Assembly: GCA_938091905.1 (NCBI GenBank)
Contig: CALKOM010000007.1
Coordinates: 1-60,064, forward strand
Length of the DNA stretch: 60,064 nt
Direction: 5' to 3'
Source: an uncultured Verrucomicrobiales bacterium
Lineage (GTDB): Bacteria > Verrucomicrobiota > Verrucomicrobiia > Verrucomicrobiales > DEV007
Below are positions 9,884-21,597 of this stretch, one piece after another. The notes under the pieces were generated by a model that was not told where the DNA came from, did no database searches, and worked only from the letters and a program-made list of their open reading frames with translations. The stretch's first letter is position 1. Every line of letters begins with the position of its first letter. The position numbers and the translations under genes were made by a program.

Positions 9884-10015
9884 CGGCTACTGGTGATAAG
9901 GTTGATCAGATTAGACTAGCATGATCTGCAACAAAACTCCAGGCTGCCCGCGTGGTTCAAAAAAGCCCCCCCCTCAATCTTCCACGTGCTTCAATACATA
10001 AACCCTCACCCGCCC

Positions 10016-13000
10016 ATGGCTCGTTGGCGAACAATCCTCTTCTCTTTCCTCTGTGTGCTGCCGTGTGCGGCTCAAAAGGACATTTCCCCACAAGATCGCG
10101 AGTTCTTTGAGAGCCGCATAAGGCCCATCCTAGCGCAGGAATGCTACGAGTGTCACCGAACGGGTGGCAAACAGAAGGGCGGGCTGGCGCTCGATCATCG
10201 GGCGGCCGTCCTTGCGGGAGGTGAGCGTGGACAAGTTTTAGTTCCCGGAAATCCAGCGAAGAGTTTGCTCATTCAGGCCATTCAACATGAGCATGCGGAG
10301 CTGAAGATGCCCAAGGCGGGGGCCAAATTGGATCCCGAGGTGATCGCCGACTTCACTGCGTGGATCGAAAAAGGCGCGCCTGATCCACGTGATGCCCCTC
10401 CCAGCGACGAGGCGGTGGCGGCCGATTCCCAGTGGGATGCGGTGTTGAAGCGACGAAAGCGCTGGTGGAGCTTCCTCCCCTTAGAGATGCCTTCCCTTCC
10501 CGGTGATGATGAATCTGCCCATCCGATCGACCGCTTTGTTGAAAAACGACTCCAGGCGGACGGTCTCTCGAAAGCGCCCCAGGCGGATCGGCCAACTTTA
10601 ATTCGCCGTCTAAGCTTTGTCTTACGGGGGCTGCCGCCAACTCCCAAAGAGATCGACGCGTTCACCGCTGATCAGTCTGAGAAGGCGTATGATCGGCTGG
10701 TCGCCCAATTCCTCGATTCCCCGCAGTTCGGCGAGCGTTGGGCGCGGCATTGGATGGACTGGGTGCGCTACGCGGATTCCCATGGAAGCGAGGGAGATCC
10801 GATGATCCCGTATGCTTGGCGCTACCGAGACTATCTGATTCGTGCGTTGAACGATGATGTTCCCTACGATCAGTTGGTTAAAGAGCATCTGGCTGGCGAC
10901 CTGCTAGAGAACCCACGGATCAATTCTAGCCTTGGGTTGAATGAGTCGGCTATTGGTCCCGCGCATCTGCGCATGGTGTTTCATGGATTTGCCCCCACAG
11001 ATGCCTTAGGAGAACAGGTTAGGTTCACTGATGACCAGATCAATGTGGTCTCCAAAGCATTTATGGGACTAACCGTCTCCTGTGCACGTTGTCACAACCA
11101 CAAATTCGACGCCATCAGCCAAAGAGATTTCTACGCTTGGTACGGCATCTTTGCCTCCTGTCCCCCGGCCTCGATCAGCGCGACTGCGAGCACGGAAGCC
11201 GAAGCAGACGCTCGCAAGACGCTTCCTAAACTCAAGACTGAGATTCGCACTGCCTTAGCTAATGCATGGATGGCTTCCGTGCCTGCTTTGCCAGATCGAC
11301 TGAAGGCCCTAGATGAAGCCATAGGCAAAGCCGAAAGTACCAGTAACCTCCTCCATCCTCTGTGGCTGGCGCGAGCGGGTAAACCGCTCCTGGAAGGGCT
11401 CCAATCATGGCGCGAACGCCCTCAAGAACACGAGGCCGAACCCGATTGGAATATCACGCAAGAGCCTGAGTTTCAGTCATGGACCATTCAAGGCAAGTCA
11501 CTTGCGAAGAAATCTAAATCTGGAAACTTCAGTATTTCGCCCGATGATGGTCAACTTGTCACTGGCATCTATCCGGCAGGACGGTATTCCCATCTTCTCT
11601 CGTCGAAGGACAGGGGTGTGCTCCTATCTCCGCGAGTCATGCTCGATGACGACCGTGATGTCTGGATGCTCGTGGCGGGCGACGGTGGTGCTGTCTTGCG
11701 CTACGCCGTTCAGAATTATCCGCGGAACGGAACTGTCTATCCGACGAGGAACCTGAGTGGAGGTCAGTGGCGTTGGGAGCGTTTTCCGCTCGACTATTGG
11801 ACAGGCGATTATGTCCACGTGGAATTCACGACCGCCGCCGACCAACCCGTTCTAACGAAGACGAACGCGGACCGCTCGTGGATCGGCGTTCGGCGAGTGG
11901 CCCTGTTCCCCAAAGGAAGCGGACCGTTTCGAGACGAATTCGCGTTTGGACGCCCACTTCTTCATGCTCTTGGCCCTAAACTCGAGAACCTCGTGGTGGC
12001 CTATAAGTCCGCCCTTGCAAACTCCATTTCAGCCTGGGCCGAGAACAGAGCATCGGACGATCAGGCCCTGTTTCTTGACCAGGCACTTCGAGTTGGGCTA
12101 CTCTCAAACTCGCCAGAAGCGCTTCCTGATGTTGCGGCGCTTGCGAAACGCTATCGCGAGATTGAGGAGGAAAAGATTCCGGTGCCCGTCCGCGTGCCAG
12201 GTGTGCTTGAGCGTGTACCTTTCGACCAGGAGCTCATGGTTCGCGGCGACCATAAACAGCCAGCAGAACCGGTGGCCCGCACCTTTCTAGAGGCGATCGA
12301 TTCCACGCCATATAGTGCGCAGGGAAGCGGTCGGTTGCATCTCGCTCGGGACTTGTTCCGGCCGGACAATCCCCTTTCTCGGCGAGTGAGCGTCAACCGT
12401 TTCTGGCACCACGCCTTTGGTGAAGGCCTCGTCCGCACACCGGACAATCTTGGTCGGCTCGGTCAGAAGCCGTCTCATCCTGAGCTGCTCGATTATCTTT
12501 CCGTGTGGTTCGAGGAGAATGGCTTCTCCATCAAAGGCCTGCTTCGCCACTTGGTAACTTCCGACACCTGGAAGGCTTCGACCGAGGCCAGCGACGAAGC
12601 TCGAGCCCAGGACCCAGAAAACCTATTGCTGTCCCATGCGCACCTGAGGCGCCTTGACGCGGAGGCCATCCGAGATTCCTTACTCGCAGTCTCAGGGCAG
12701 CTCGAAGACGGTGGTGACGGTCCGCCAGTAACAGGTGATCGGCCGAGGCGAAGCGTTTATGTCCGCGTGAAGCGCAATAGCTTGGATGCCTTCCTCGGCA
12801 CATTCGACGCACCGGTGCCGGCGAGTACGACCGGCAGACGCGACGTGACCAATGTTCCAGGGCAATCGTTGACCCTCCTCAATGATCCCTTCATTCTCAA
12901 GACAGCTCGCGAATGGACAACTCGGCTTGAAGGAACAGATGCGGCAAAGGTAAATGCGATGTTTCTTCAAGGCCTTGGAAGGCAACCGACTAATAATGAA

Positions 13001-13981
13001 CGATCTGAGGCACTAATTTACGTGGAAACCTCAAACAGGGAAAAAGCTCAGACGGACGACCTTCTTTCCAAGTTGAAGAAGAAATTGGAGCAAGTCGGAG
13101 CAGAAATTCAATCCCTTGAGGAGAAAGCCAAACAACGGGTGTTGGCAACGCGGGAACCAAGCGAAAGCAGTGAAGGCCCTTTACCCATGGCAGCCTGGAA
13201 TTTCGAGAGTGATTTACGGGATCAGGTTGGCAGCCATCACGGGAGATTTCACGGGTCTGCTCGTCTGGCTAATGGTGCATTGGTGCTGGATGGGAAGGGC
13301 CATCTTTCCACCACAGCCCTCTCGGAGGATTTGCGAGCCAAGACACTCGTTGCCCGAGTGATGCTCAGCACCCTGGACCAAAGAGGAGGCGGAGTCGTTT
13401 CGGTCGAAGCAGGCGCCACCTTTGACTCGATTGTCTATTCAGAACAAGCACCTCGCCATTGGCTGGCTGGTAGCAATGGTTTCGCAAGAACGCAGCCGTT
13501 CGAAGGAGAGCCAGAAAGCCGCGCGAAGGATGCCTTCGTCCATGTCGCGATCGTTTACCAAGAAGATGGACAGATCCTGGGTTATCTTGAAGGCAAACCC
13601 TACGGGAAATCTTACAAGAGCAGCGGGCCTGCCCATTTCCGATCCGGCAAGTCGCAGTTCCTTCTTGGCCTTCGTCATGGGGAACCTGCGAGTGACCGCC
13701 GTCTGCGAGGAAAAATCGATGATGCTGCGGTGTTTGATCGAGCACTCTCCGCCCATGAGGTGGCTGCCCTTGCATCGGGATCTGGGAACTATGTTTCAAT
13801 GAAAGACTACCTTGCTGCCATGACTGAACCGGAACGAGAGCGACATCGCGAAGCTCAGGCCTCACAATCTGAACTGCGAGCCGAACTCGAGGCCACGGAA
13901 TCCATGCCAAGCCCCCCTTCCGGATGGGCTGACTTGGCCCACGCTATTTTCAATCTTAAAGAATTCATCTACCTTCGATAA
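10016..13981 (+). CDS. Planctomycete cytochrome c + DUF1549 + DUF1553 protein with LamG domain
   Basis: Signal peptide, CYECH and [10 protein letters not shown] heme motifs, [40 protein letters not shown], a LamG-like C-terminal insert, and the [10 protein letters not shown] end. Confidence 0.92.
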   Translation: MARWRTILFSFLCVLPCAAQKDISPQDREFFESRIRPILAQECYECHRTGGKQKGGLALDHRAAVLAGGERGQVLVPGNPAKSLLIQAIQHEHAELKMPKAGAKLDPEVIADFTAWIEKGAPDPRDAPPSDEAVAADSQWDAVLKRRKRWWSFLPLEMPSLPGDDESAHPIDRFVEKRLQADGLSKAPQADRPTLIRRLSFVLRGLPPTPKEIDAFTADQSEKAYDRLVAQFLDSPQFGERWARHWMDWVRYADSHGSEGDPMIPYAWRYRDYLIRALNDDVPYDQLVKEHLAGDLLENPRINSSLGLNESAIGPAHLRMVFHGFAPTDALGEQVRFTDDQINVVSKAFMGLTVSCARCHNHKFDAISQRDFYAWYGIFASCPPASISATASTEAEADARKTLPKLKTEIRTALANAWMASVPALPDRLKALDEAIGKAESTSNLLHPLWLARAGKPLLEGLQSWRERPQEHEAEPDWNITQEPEFQSWTIQGKSLAKKSKSGNFSISPDDGQLVTGIYPAGRYSHLLSSKDRGVLLSPRVMLDDDRDVWMLVAGDGGAVLRYAVQNYPRNGTVYPTRNLSGGQWRWERFPLDYWTGDYVHVEFTTAADQPVLTKTNADRSWIGVRRVALFPKGSGPFRDEFAFGRPLLHALGPKLENLVVAYKSALANSISAWAENRASDDQALFLDQALRVGLLSNSPEALPDVAALAKRYREIEEEKIPVPVRVPGVLERVPFDQELMVRGDHKQPAEPVARTFLEAIDSTPYSAQGSGRLHLARDLFRPDNPLSRRVSVNRFWHHAFGEGLVRTPDNLGRLGQKPSHPELLDYLSVWFEENGFSIKGLLRHLVTSDTWKASTEASDEARAQDPENLLLSHAHLRRLDAEAIRDSLLAVSGQLEDGGDGPPVTGDRPRRSVYVRVKRNSLDAFLGTFDAPVPASTTGRRDVTNVPGQSLTLLNDPFILKTAREWTTRLEGTDAAKVNAMFLQGLGRQPTNNERSEALIYVETSNREKAQTDDLLSKLKKKLEQVGAEIQSLEEKAKQRVLATREPSESSEGPLPMAAWNFESDLRDQVGSHHGRFHGSARLANGALVLDGKGHLSTTALSEDLRAKTLVARVMLSTLDQRGGGVVSVEAGATFDSIVYSEQAPRHWLAGSNGFARTQPFEGEPESRAKDAFVHVAIVYQEDGQILGYLEGKPYGKSYKSSGPAHFRSGKSQFLLGLRHGEPASDRRLRGKIDDAAVFDRALSAHEVAALASGSGNYVSMKDYLAAMTEPERERHREAQASQSELRAELEATESMPSPPSGWADLAHAIFNLKEFIYLR

Positions 13982-13985
13982 ACCG

Positions 13986-15392
13986 ATGATCTCCCCCACT
14001 CTCTCTCGCCGCGAAATGCTCTCGCAATGCTCGACTGGCTTCGGGCTCATGGCGCTTTCAGGGCTCCTCCAAGGAGCTTCCGCTCGTCCTTTGGCGCATG
14101 CCCGTCCTCGGGCGAAGAATGTCATCTTCTGTTACATGTCGGGTGGCGTGTCGCACCTCGACTCGTTCGATCCAAAGCCCATGCTGGATCGCTACGCAGG
14201 CCAACCCATGCCTGTAAAGGTCGAGAGAACTCAATTTAATAATAATGGAAATATATTCCCCAGTCCATTCACCTTCAACAAGTTCGGGCAAAGCGGCTTA
14301 GAGGTTAGTTCGATGTTTCCAAAGCTCGGCAGCTGGTGTGCTGATGAGATGGCCGTGATCCGCTCAATGACCACGCCAGTCAACGAACACGCGCAGGGCA
14401 ACTATGTCGTGCACACCGGATTTCCGTTCATCGGCCATCCTAGCGCTGGTGCCTGGGTCAATTATGGACTGGGAACTTCCAATCGAGATGTGCCCGGTTT
14501 CGTTGTCCTGCAGAGCGGAAACGCCGTCGTCCCCCACGGTGGGGTTGGGCTATTCAGCAGCGGCTTCCTTCCCGCACAGCATCAAGCCTCCGTCATCAAG
14601 GGGGATACAAGCGAAGCGGTGGCAAACATCTCTCCCAAGGAGCGCGATATGTCACAGAGGCGACGCCTCAGCTTTATCAGCAAGCTGGACCAGAGTTTCT
14701 CCAGTCGGACGCGTAATCACGCCCAGGTTGAGGCCGCCGTCCGGAACTATGAAACGGCGTATCGCATGCAGGCGGCCGTGCCCGACCTGTGTGATCTCAA
14801 GGGCGAATCTGAGGCCACTAAGAAGCTCTACGGTCTAGATGACGCGGACACGCAGAAGGCCGCGTACGCACGTCAGTGCTTGCTGGCTCGACGGCTTGTG
14901 GAGAAAGGCGTGCGGTTCATCGAGCTGAGCTGCCTCACGGAGAGTATCGGCGCAGGAGGCGCCGCCAATCCTTGGGACCAGCACGGCAATCTTGAACGTG
15001 GCCATGGCGCCATGGCTCACCAGGTGGACCAGCCCATTGCCGCGCTCATTCTCGATCTCAAACAGCGCGGATTGCTTGACGAAACGTTGATCATTTGGGC
15101 GGGGGAATTCGGTCGCACCCCGTTCTCACAAGGCAGCAATGGCCGCGACCACAATCCCTATGGCTTCTCCGTCTGGCTCGCAGGCGGTGGCGTGCGTGGC
15201 GGGACCGTCTACGGATCTACCGATGACTTCGGCTACCATGTGGCTGACAAAGCAACCACCTACTACGATCTCTGGGCCACGGTGCTCCACCAGCTAGGCC
15301 TCGATCACGAAGACCTCACGTATCTCTATGCTGGCCGCAATGTGCGTCTCACGGACGTCCACGGGAATGTGCTGCACGACATTTTGAGTTGA
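13986..15392 (+). CDS. DUF1501 domain protein (Tat signal)
   Basis: Motifs [46 protein letters not shown] and RLTDVHG. Confidence 0.93.
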   Translation: MISPTLSRREMLSQCSTGFGLMALSGLLQGASARPLAHARPRAKNVIFCYMSGGVSHLDSFDPKPMLDRYAGQPMPVKVERTQFNNNGNIFPSPFTFNKFGQSGLEVSSMFPKLGSWCADEMAVIRSMTTPVNEHAQGNYVVHTGFPFIGHPSAGAWVNYGLGTSNRDVPGFVVLQSGNAVVPHGGVGLFSSGFLPAQHQASVIKGDTSEAVANISPKERDMSQRRRLSFISKLDQSFSSRTRNHAQVEAAVRNYETAYRMQAAVPDLCDLKGESEATKKLYGLDDADTQKAAYARQCLLARRLVEKGVRFIELSCLTESIGAGGAANPWDQHGNLERGHGAMAHQVDQPIAALILDLKQRGLLDETLIIWAGEFGRTPFSQGSNGRDHNPYGFSVWLAGGGVRGGTVYGSTDDFGYHVADKATTYYDLWATVLHQLGLDHEDLTYLYAGRNVRLTDVHGNVLHDILS

Positions 15393-15461
15393 GATTTGTC
15401 ATATTGCGGACTGGCCATTCTTGGGTGCCCCCAAGGCGCATGGTGGGCGGGCCGGGTGGAG

Positions 15462-15776
15462 CTAGTCGAGGTAGGAGCACACGTACTGACAAATGTTGTC
15501 AGCAACTGTGATGGTGAAGCCGCTGTCTGCAGGAACATCGAAATGTTGACCCGCTGAGTAGATGGCTAATGCGGTTGCACCATCCAGGACGACGGAACAG
15601 GTGCCGTCGGTGATCTCCATGCGCTCGGCTTGCTTGGTCCCGAAGTGATACTCGCCGGTATAGATTAGGCCGAAGGTCTTCGTACTACCATCAGCTAGGG
15701 TGACGCCGTGGGACACGACTTTACCGTCGAAGTAGATATTAGCCTTGGCTTGAGCAGTGACGTTTGAGAATTCCAT
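15462..15776 (-). CDS. ppnP: Pyrimidine/purine nucleoside phosphorylase (DUF1255/YaiE)
   Basis: Pattern KANIYFDGKVVS..G.Y.FGT...E.MEI..G....F.VPA.S.F......YVCSY. Confidence 0.92.
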   Translation of the reverse strand: MEFSNVTAQAKANIYFDGKVVSHGVTLADGSTKTFGLIYTGEYHFGTKQAERMEITDGTCSVVLDGATALAIYSAGQHFDVPADSGFTITVADNICQYVCSYLD

Positions 15777-15790
15777 GTGAGCGGATGGTG

Positions 15791-17386
15791 CTACGAGGCT
15801 TCAGGTAAGGGGTCAAGCCTTGGGAAGAGTGGCGTTCCTTCACCAAGGGTGTGCCCATCGGGAAGAATACCCCAAGTGAGATCTGCAGCCTTGAGATCGG
15901 TGGGAAACTCGAAATTCAGCTGCTCGAGCATCCGTTGACTTGTTTTTGGCATAACGGACGCGATGTGAAAGGCGGCGTGGGCCATGGCTTCGGCTAAGTG
16001 ATAGAGCACAGTGTCTAAACGTGTGGCTTCGGCTTCGGCTTTGGCCAGTTTCCAAGGAGCGGAGTGCTCGACGAATTGGTTGCAAAGCGTGAGGGATTTC
16101 CAGATCTCTTCCAGGGCGAGGTGGACTTGATAGTGCTCCATGTGGGCGGCCACAGCTGCAGGGAGTTTGGAGAAAGAATCTCGCAACTCACGATTGAGGT
16201 CGTCGTCGTAATCGGCGTCTTTCTTTAGCACGGACGCTCGATAACGCTTCGACATGTTCAGCGATCTGTTCAGCAGATTTCCAAGATTGCCAGCAAGATC
16301 CTGAGAGTAGGCTTCCTCAATCCGCGCGTCATTGAAATCGGCGTCCTTGCCTGTCGCGATGGCTGACATGAGGTAGTAGCGCAGGCCGTCGGCCCCAAAC
16401 CGTTCAATGCGGTCGGCCGGATCGATCACGTTGCCCAGAGATTTCGAGAGCTTGGCCCCGCCTTTGTCATTCCAGAACCCATGGACCAGCAGCTTAGGCA
16501 TTTCCTCGTCTGCGAAGCCCATGGCATGCAGCATGATCGGCCAATAGACCGCGTGGGCCGGGATCATGATGTCCTTACCGATGATGTGGGCATTGGCAGG
16601 CCACAGATCATCAAAACTCGGTAGGCCGTCTGCAGCCACCTGGACTTGGTCTTTGAGGTAGCCAGCAAAGCTGATGTAATTGATCAGGGCATCGAACCAG
16701 ACAAAGGTGACGAACTCGGTGTCGAACGGGATTTCGATCCCCCACTCCAGTCTCGATTTCGGCCGAGTGATACAGAGATCGATCGCATCCGCCTTCTCTA
16801 GCGCATTGACCAATTCCTTGCCCCGGAAAGCTGGATAAACAAAGTCCGGATGGCTAGCTACAAACGCCTTCAGCCAAGGCACATGCTCACTCAGTTTGAA
16901 GTAGTAGTTCTCCTCTGTGCGCTCCTCGACTTCCCCCCATTCAGAGCCAAACTCACCGTCCTCGTTGCGTTCCTTATCGGTGAGGAACTGCTCTTGGCGC
17001 ACACTGTAATAGCCTGTGTGTGTCGCCTTGTAGATCTGATCTTGATCAAAGAGCTTTTGAAGGATGGCCTGAACAACCGCCTTGTGCTGAGGGTGCGTCG
17101 TTGCTGCCCAGCCATCGAATTCCAGGCCGAGCAACGTCCACATCTCGACAAATTTCTCCGTATTTCTATCGGCGAACTCCTGTGCAGGAATGCCCTCGCG
17201 TTCGGCCGATTGTTGGACTTTCTGACCGTGCTGGTCCACTCCGGTAAGAAAGTAGGTCTTCTTTCCAGCACTTCTTTGGTAACGCGTGATAACGTCAGCT
17301 AACAATTTCTCATACGCATGCCCAATGTGTGGTGCACTGTTCGTGTAATCGATCGCAGTGGTGATGAAGAAGGTATCTTGGCCCAT
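15791..17386 (-). CDS. metG: Methionine--tRNA ligase
   Basis: Motifs FITTAIDYTNSAPHIGH, LTGVDQHGQK, VWFDALINY, GKDI and KLSKSLGN. Start placed at MGQDTFF. Confidence 0.96.
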   Translation of the reverse strand: MGQDTFFITTAIDYTNSAPHIGHAYEKLLADVITRYQRSAGKKTYFLTGVDQHGQKVQQSAEREGIPAQEFADRNTEKFVEMWTLLGLEFDGWAATTHPQHKAVVQAILQKLFDQDQIYKATHTGYYSVRQEQFLTDKERNEDGEFGSEWGEVEERTEENYYFKLSEHVPWLKAFVASHPDFVYPAFRGKELVNALEKADAIDLCITRPKSRLEWGIEIPFDTEFVTFVWFDALINYISFAGYLKDQVQVAADGLPSFDDLWPANAHIIGKDIMIPAHAVYWPIMLHAMGFADEEMPKLLVHGFWNDKGGAKLSKSLGNVIDPADRIERFGADGLRYYLMSAIATGKDADFNDARIEEAYSQDLAGNLGNLLNRSLNMSKRYRASVLKKDADYDDDLNRELRDSFSKLPAAVAAHMEHYQVHLALEEIWKSLTLCNQFVEHSAPWKLAKAEAEATRLDTVLYHLAEAMAHAAFHIASVMPKTSQRMLEQLNFEFPTDLKAADLTWGILPDGHTLGEGTPLFPRLDPLPEAS

Positions 17387-17393
17387 GAGAGTG

Positions 17394-17741
17394 TTAGGAA
17401 TCTTTGACGATCTTACCGCCGAGAGAGAGGATTCGAGCGTTCCCCTTGGCATGCTCGGCCTCCATGATCTGACCGTCCTTCACATACATCTGTGAAAGTC
17501 CGGTCCACGCAAGCAGATCGTTTGGTTTCAGAGTCACGGCTTGGAGCCCTGCACCGATGGCCGCCTTATGCTCGCCCGTCTTCATCAACGCCATGCCTAA
17601 GGCATGCCATCCATCAAAGAATTCGGGATCCAAGGCCACACATTTCCGATAGCCTGCCACCGCAGCCTCGAGTTCGCCAATTGCTAGCTCACCGTTGGCA
17701 TCATCGAAGAGCGAGTCTCGTTCTTCTGTGGAATCTGCCAT
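17394..17741 (-). CDS. Tetratricopeptide repeat protein
   Basis: TPR-like helices such as A..YRKCVALDPEFFDGWHALGMAL. Confidence 0.85.
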   Translation of the reverse strand: MADSTEERDSLFDDANGELAIGELEAAVAGYRKCVALDPEFFDGWHALGMALMKTGEHKAAIGAGLQAVTLKPNDLLAWTGLSQMYVKDGQIMEAEHAKGNARILSLGGKIVKDS

Positions 17742-17769
17742 GACTGAGGTTGAGGAGCCCTCTTAGCCT

Positions 17770-19887
17770 CTAGCGCCCAAACCCACCACCACCGAATAGG
17801 CTCTGTGGAAAGAATGGGCGCACGGGAAGTCCGTCGGCACGAACGATTTCGGCCTGCTTACGACGATCATCCAGCCAAAGGCCAGCAACGCCGCCACTAG
17901 CCTGGCGCTCTAAGCGATCGGCTAGGTTCTTCTTGTCTGCTTCAGGGTCACTTGCAATAGGCTGATCAGGCTGTCCCACCGCCTCCGCTTTCTTCTCCGA
18001 AGCAGCGACACGCTTGGCAACATGGACTAGAAGGGCATTCTCACCGGCTTCGACCAGTTCACTCACCGAACCCGTCGTCACCTTTGCAGCTGCAGTAACG
18101 ATCTCGCTAGCATTATCCCCAGTAGGACGCTTCATCGTGGAGAACTCATCGATGTCTCGCACTGTCAATTCCTGCTCCGCGGCAGCATCGGCAAAGGACT
18201 TTCCTTCTTCTAACGCTGTGGCGAACTTTTCACTGGCAGCTTTCACAGCTTCTTCCATCGCTTCTTTAGCCTTCTTCTCGATCAGTTTCTCTCTGAGATC
18301 CTCTTTCGCATCTTCGAAGGAACGTTCACTCGACTCAACAACTTCTAACAGACGCGCCACATAGAACCCCTTCGGTGTGACTCCCTGGACTGGTACTAGA
18401 AGGCCTTCGTCGGTTTCCATGCTGCCTTTGAAGATTTCCGCAACGAGTTCTGCTGGAACGATCGGGCTCGCAGGCGGTTCGTCCTCTGCAAAGAGTTCGG
18501 TACTCTTCACCTCAAAACCTTCCGCTTCCGCGAGCGTTGCCAATTGATCGGGAGCCTCAAGAACTTTGTTATAAAAGCTGTCGACCTGCTTTTTATAGGC
18601 TTGAACCTTGGCCTCGAACTCACCTGAGTCTGTCGCTGTAGTCGTCGTTCCACCCGGAAGCGCCGAGATTTCAGGCGCCACGGTATCGAGATTGAGGTCA
18701 CCTCCTATCCCGAGAGCGGGAGCAGTCCCACCCGTCAAGTCGCCTACATTCACGTCCACATTAAGATCTTCCGCAGGCTTGAGATCTAGCTCACCAAGGT
18801 TTGGAGCTGCTGGCAATTCTTCAATTTCGAGAGCCGCTGCTTCTTCTAAAGGCGCCGCTTCCTCTTCTGTTGGTGCTTGCCCAGGAGGCTCAGACTCGTC
18901 GCCCGCAGGTATTTCGATCGTCTCGATCGGAGGTGCCTGAAGGCCACCAGGAGCAGGCGTGCTTTCGGGCTGAGGGTCTCCACCAGGGATCTCGATCGTT
19001 TGAATAGGAGGTGCCTGAAGGCCACCAGGAGCCGTGCCAACGCCTGGCTGAAGTAACGGTGGCGGCGTGAGGCCTGGCGCGACAGGAGGCGGAGGCAGCG
19101 GGGCTGCCGGTTCGGCGATAAAGACGAATTCCACTTTGCGTTGTTCATCAGCCATGATGAGGTCGAGAGCTGCGGTTTGCTCTGCATCGAGGCGACCTTT
19201 GGCGCGCGTCTCAATCGAAGGCACAAGCGCCTTCTGCTCTTCGTAAGACGTCTGAAGTTCTTCGTCCGTCACTTCGATATCCTGCTTGAAATCCTCTAGC
19301 TTGAAATCGACGACGGAAGCCGTCACGAGTTCGCGCTCGCGCTGGAACTCGATGTCAACCACGCTGCTAGGAACGCCACTGTTGGACTCGAGCAACGCCG
19401 AGAGTCGCTCCCAACGAATCTTATCAGCCATGAGACCACGAAGGTCTCCGGCTACCATCCCGTTCTCTTTCAACGTGTTCTCAATCGCATCGAGATAGGT
19501 ATCCTCGGAAAAGGTGCCCTCGCGCTGAAAACCAGGGTGAGCCGCAATGGCTGCGTTGACCTCTTCTTCGGAAGGATCAATGCCGAGTTCGCGAGCTTCT
19601 TTCGCTAGGATGATGCGATTCTGGCTGAAGTCGACGGCATCAAAGGTAGGCTGCAGAAGCTGCATCGTGAAATTCAGTCCAAGCTCGTCAGCTGCCCGGA
19701 GCATGTTGTATTGGCGATCAATCTCCTTTACGGTCACTGCCCGGTTTCCGATAGTGTAGCCAACCGCCTGATTCAGTTTTCCACTGCGGTTATCGTAAGG
19801 ATTCATCAGCCATGCGAAGGCAATGATGACCAAGAAGGCGACGACAATCATGATGCCGTACTGGTGTTTCCGTAGGAGTTCGAGCAT
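17770..19887 (-). CDS. SurA N-terminal / PpiD-like periplasmic chaperone with long Pro/Glu-rich insertion
   Basis: N-terminal anchor MLELLRKH..IVVAFLVIIAFAW, SurA-N helices (AKEARELGI.PSEEEV...F...G.F), D..VTDEEL..SYE and RSFEDAKE. Confidence 0.8.
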   Translation of the reverse strand: MLELLRKHQYGIMIVVAFLVIIAFAWLMNPYDNRSGKLNQAVGYTIGNRAVTVKEIDRQYNMLRAADELGLNFTMQLLQPTFDAVDFSQNRIILAKEARELGIDPSEEEVNAAIAAHPGFQREGTFSEDTYLDAIENTLKENGMVAGDLRGLMADKIRWERLSALLESNSGVPSSVVDIEFQRERELVTASVVDFKLEDFKQDIEVTDEELQTSYEEQKALVPSIETRAKGRLDAEQTAALDLIMADEQRKVEFVFIAEPAAPLPPPPVAPGLTPPPLLQPGVGTAPGGLQAPPIQTIEIPGGDPQPESTPAPGGLQAPPIETIEIPAGDESEPPGQAPTEEEAAPLEEAAALEIEELPAAPNLGELDLKPAEDLNVDVNVGDLTGGTAPALGIGGDLNLDTVAPEISALPGGTTTTATDSGEFEAKVQAYKKQVDSFYNKVLEAPDQLATLAEAEGFEVKSTELFAEDEPPASPIVPAELVAEIFKGSMETDEGLLVPVQGVTPKGFYVARLLEVVESSERSFEDAKEDLREKLIEKKAKEAMEEAVKAASEKFATALEEGKSFADAAAEQELTVRDIDEFSTMKRPTGDNASEIVTAAAKVTTGSVSELVEAGENALLVHVAKRVAASEKKAEAVGQPDQPIASDPEADKKNLADRLERQASGGVAGLWLDDRRKQAEIVRADGLPVRPFFPQSLFGGGGFGR

Positions 19888-20274
19888 CTCGAGGGTGGAT
19901 TTGTAGTAGGTTTAAGGGGCTAGGGGCCGGAATGAAGAACCGACCGCGGAGGGACGCGAAACTAAGAGGCGCAAATTCTACCATCAACCACTTTTTCTAG
20001 AGGTTTCAAGCGAGAGCCATCTTCTGGCATAATATGTTAATTATTGTAAATATATATCTACCCGCCGAAACTCACATCTATTGTAATGATTGTAATAAAT
20101 GTGCAGAGAATGGCAAGGGACGGGGTGATTGGCGAGCCCCCACCTCCAGGGATGCCTGTGAAGTCTCGCCGTTCTCTTATTCTGGAAGACCACCCGGCCT
20201 TCCAAGAGGAGCCACAGGTTGAGACCGCATGAAGATCGAGATGTTCATTCGGCTTGTTCTCAAATGAGAAGATC

Positions 20275-21597
20275 TTACGCCCAAGAAATCTCTTCCTTTG
20301 TCTGCGTGACTGATTTCGGCAGAATGGCCTCTTGGAATGCGTGGCGCTGACGAAGACGTCGCTGCTGGGAAATCCACCATCCTGCCAGTCCGGAGCTAAT
20401 AATCCAAGGCCAGCCCTTGGCGAAGACACTCTATAAGAGGTTTAACCAGGATTCTCTTAGAGGGCTTATCGCCACTTCAGCTTGCTCGTGAATCGTGATC
20501 AGGACCAGCGGTATGGTGAGGTTCACCTGCCCTTTGGCGTAGGATTCCTGCATGCTATGCAGCATCTGAGTCTGTAGCTCGTATTCATTCGTGGCCTCCT
20601 CTTACTCTGCGATCTTTCTTCGCACATCCATGGCCCTGTCTTTGGCCCCTTCCGATACATCGGCAAGAGCGCGAAGCTCTTGCCTCAGTGAATCTTCCTC
20701 CGACTTATCGAGGCCTTTCGCCAGAGCAAGCTCATCCGCCCGAGTCGCTGCCACGGTTTCTTGGACCGCTTCGTTCGCCAGCGCAACAGTTTCAGGCACA
20801 ATACGATAGCGTTCCCCAAGATCTAACATGCGCAAACGGGCCTCCTCGACCCTGTCACTCTGGTCTTTCAGTTGCTTCTGTAGAGTATCAAGTGCGTTGT
20901 TCATCTTCTCACTCCAGAGCGAAATGGTCCGGTTCTGATAGGCCGCTGCGGCATTGTTCGCGATATTAGCCACCATCTGGGCGTCGTGAGAACCAATGTA
21001 GCCGACCTTTGCGATCATTGCGTCGCCAAACTGTGTGACTGTTAGCGCATCAATCAAACGTTCTACCGCATCAACGCGAGTCACTTCCCAATTCTCGTTG
21101 AGTTTCAGACTATCGACGACGTGGTAGAGCGTGTTTCGGCTCTGAATCACCTCAAGTTGAGTATTCACGTCCACTGTTTCCTCAGAAGGGATGGACTTGT
21201 TGTCGAAGATCGACACGCGACTCCCAGCGCCCTTGGGAAGCACTTCAAAGGTTACTTGGCTCTCGTAACGATCTATCCAAAAGACACGAAAGCACTCGAC
21301 TCCAAACAGGATGGCCACACAAATCAGGGCTGGAGCAGCAATAGCTAACCAGGGCCGCCGACTAGGGGAGCTGACCGGTGGCTCGCCCAGCTCATGGCTG
21401 ATCTCCTTGCCAACATGCTGCAGGTTACCTAGCTAGTGTGTGGCGAGGACGAAGGCCTCTTCCGCTTTCGTGCCTTCGTCGATGCGCGCCTCAACGGCGT
21501 CTTGCAGATGAATCTCCTACTCCTCCAGCGCTTCACTCGGCAAATGCGTTGCGGCCCGTTCCCTCCAAATCGCGATCGCTTCTTTTAAGTCAAACAT
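20275..21597 (-). pseudogene. Permease-prefix-domain-1 (HAAS-like) + Wzz/GumC-like two-TM coiled-coil protein, pseudogene
   Basis: A continuous 441-codon frame: MFDLKEAIAIWR..EE*EIHLQDAVEARIDEG...AEEAF..A..*LG, TM1, NTQLEVIQS...VVDSLKL, a coiled coil, ITIHEQAE and TM2. Stops at 21517, 21433, 20602 and 20431. Confidence 0.85.

Noticed and set aside
19990..20110. Replication origin
   Set aside because: AT-rich, but no DnaA-box (TTATCCACA-like) cluster is visible and there is no dnaA nearby.
20058..20429. 123-aa minus-strand ORF
   Set aside because: An alternative-frame shadow over the C-terminal TM of the Wzz-like pseudogene, with no recognisable motifs.
8391..21597. Stop-codon reassignment or amber read-through: 7 of the 10 in-frame stops in the three stop-riddled pseudogenes are TAG
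   Set aside because: TAA stops occur in the same frames. The residues expected at those positions appear to differ (L, Q, E, Y). Intact genes such as metG, ppnP and pheA end in TAG, and an intact RF1 (prfA) is present.
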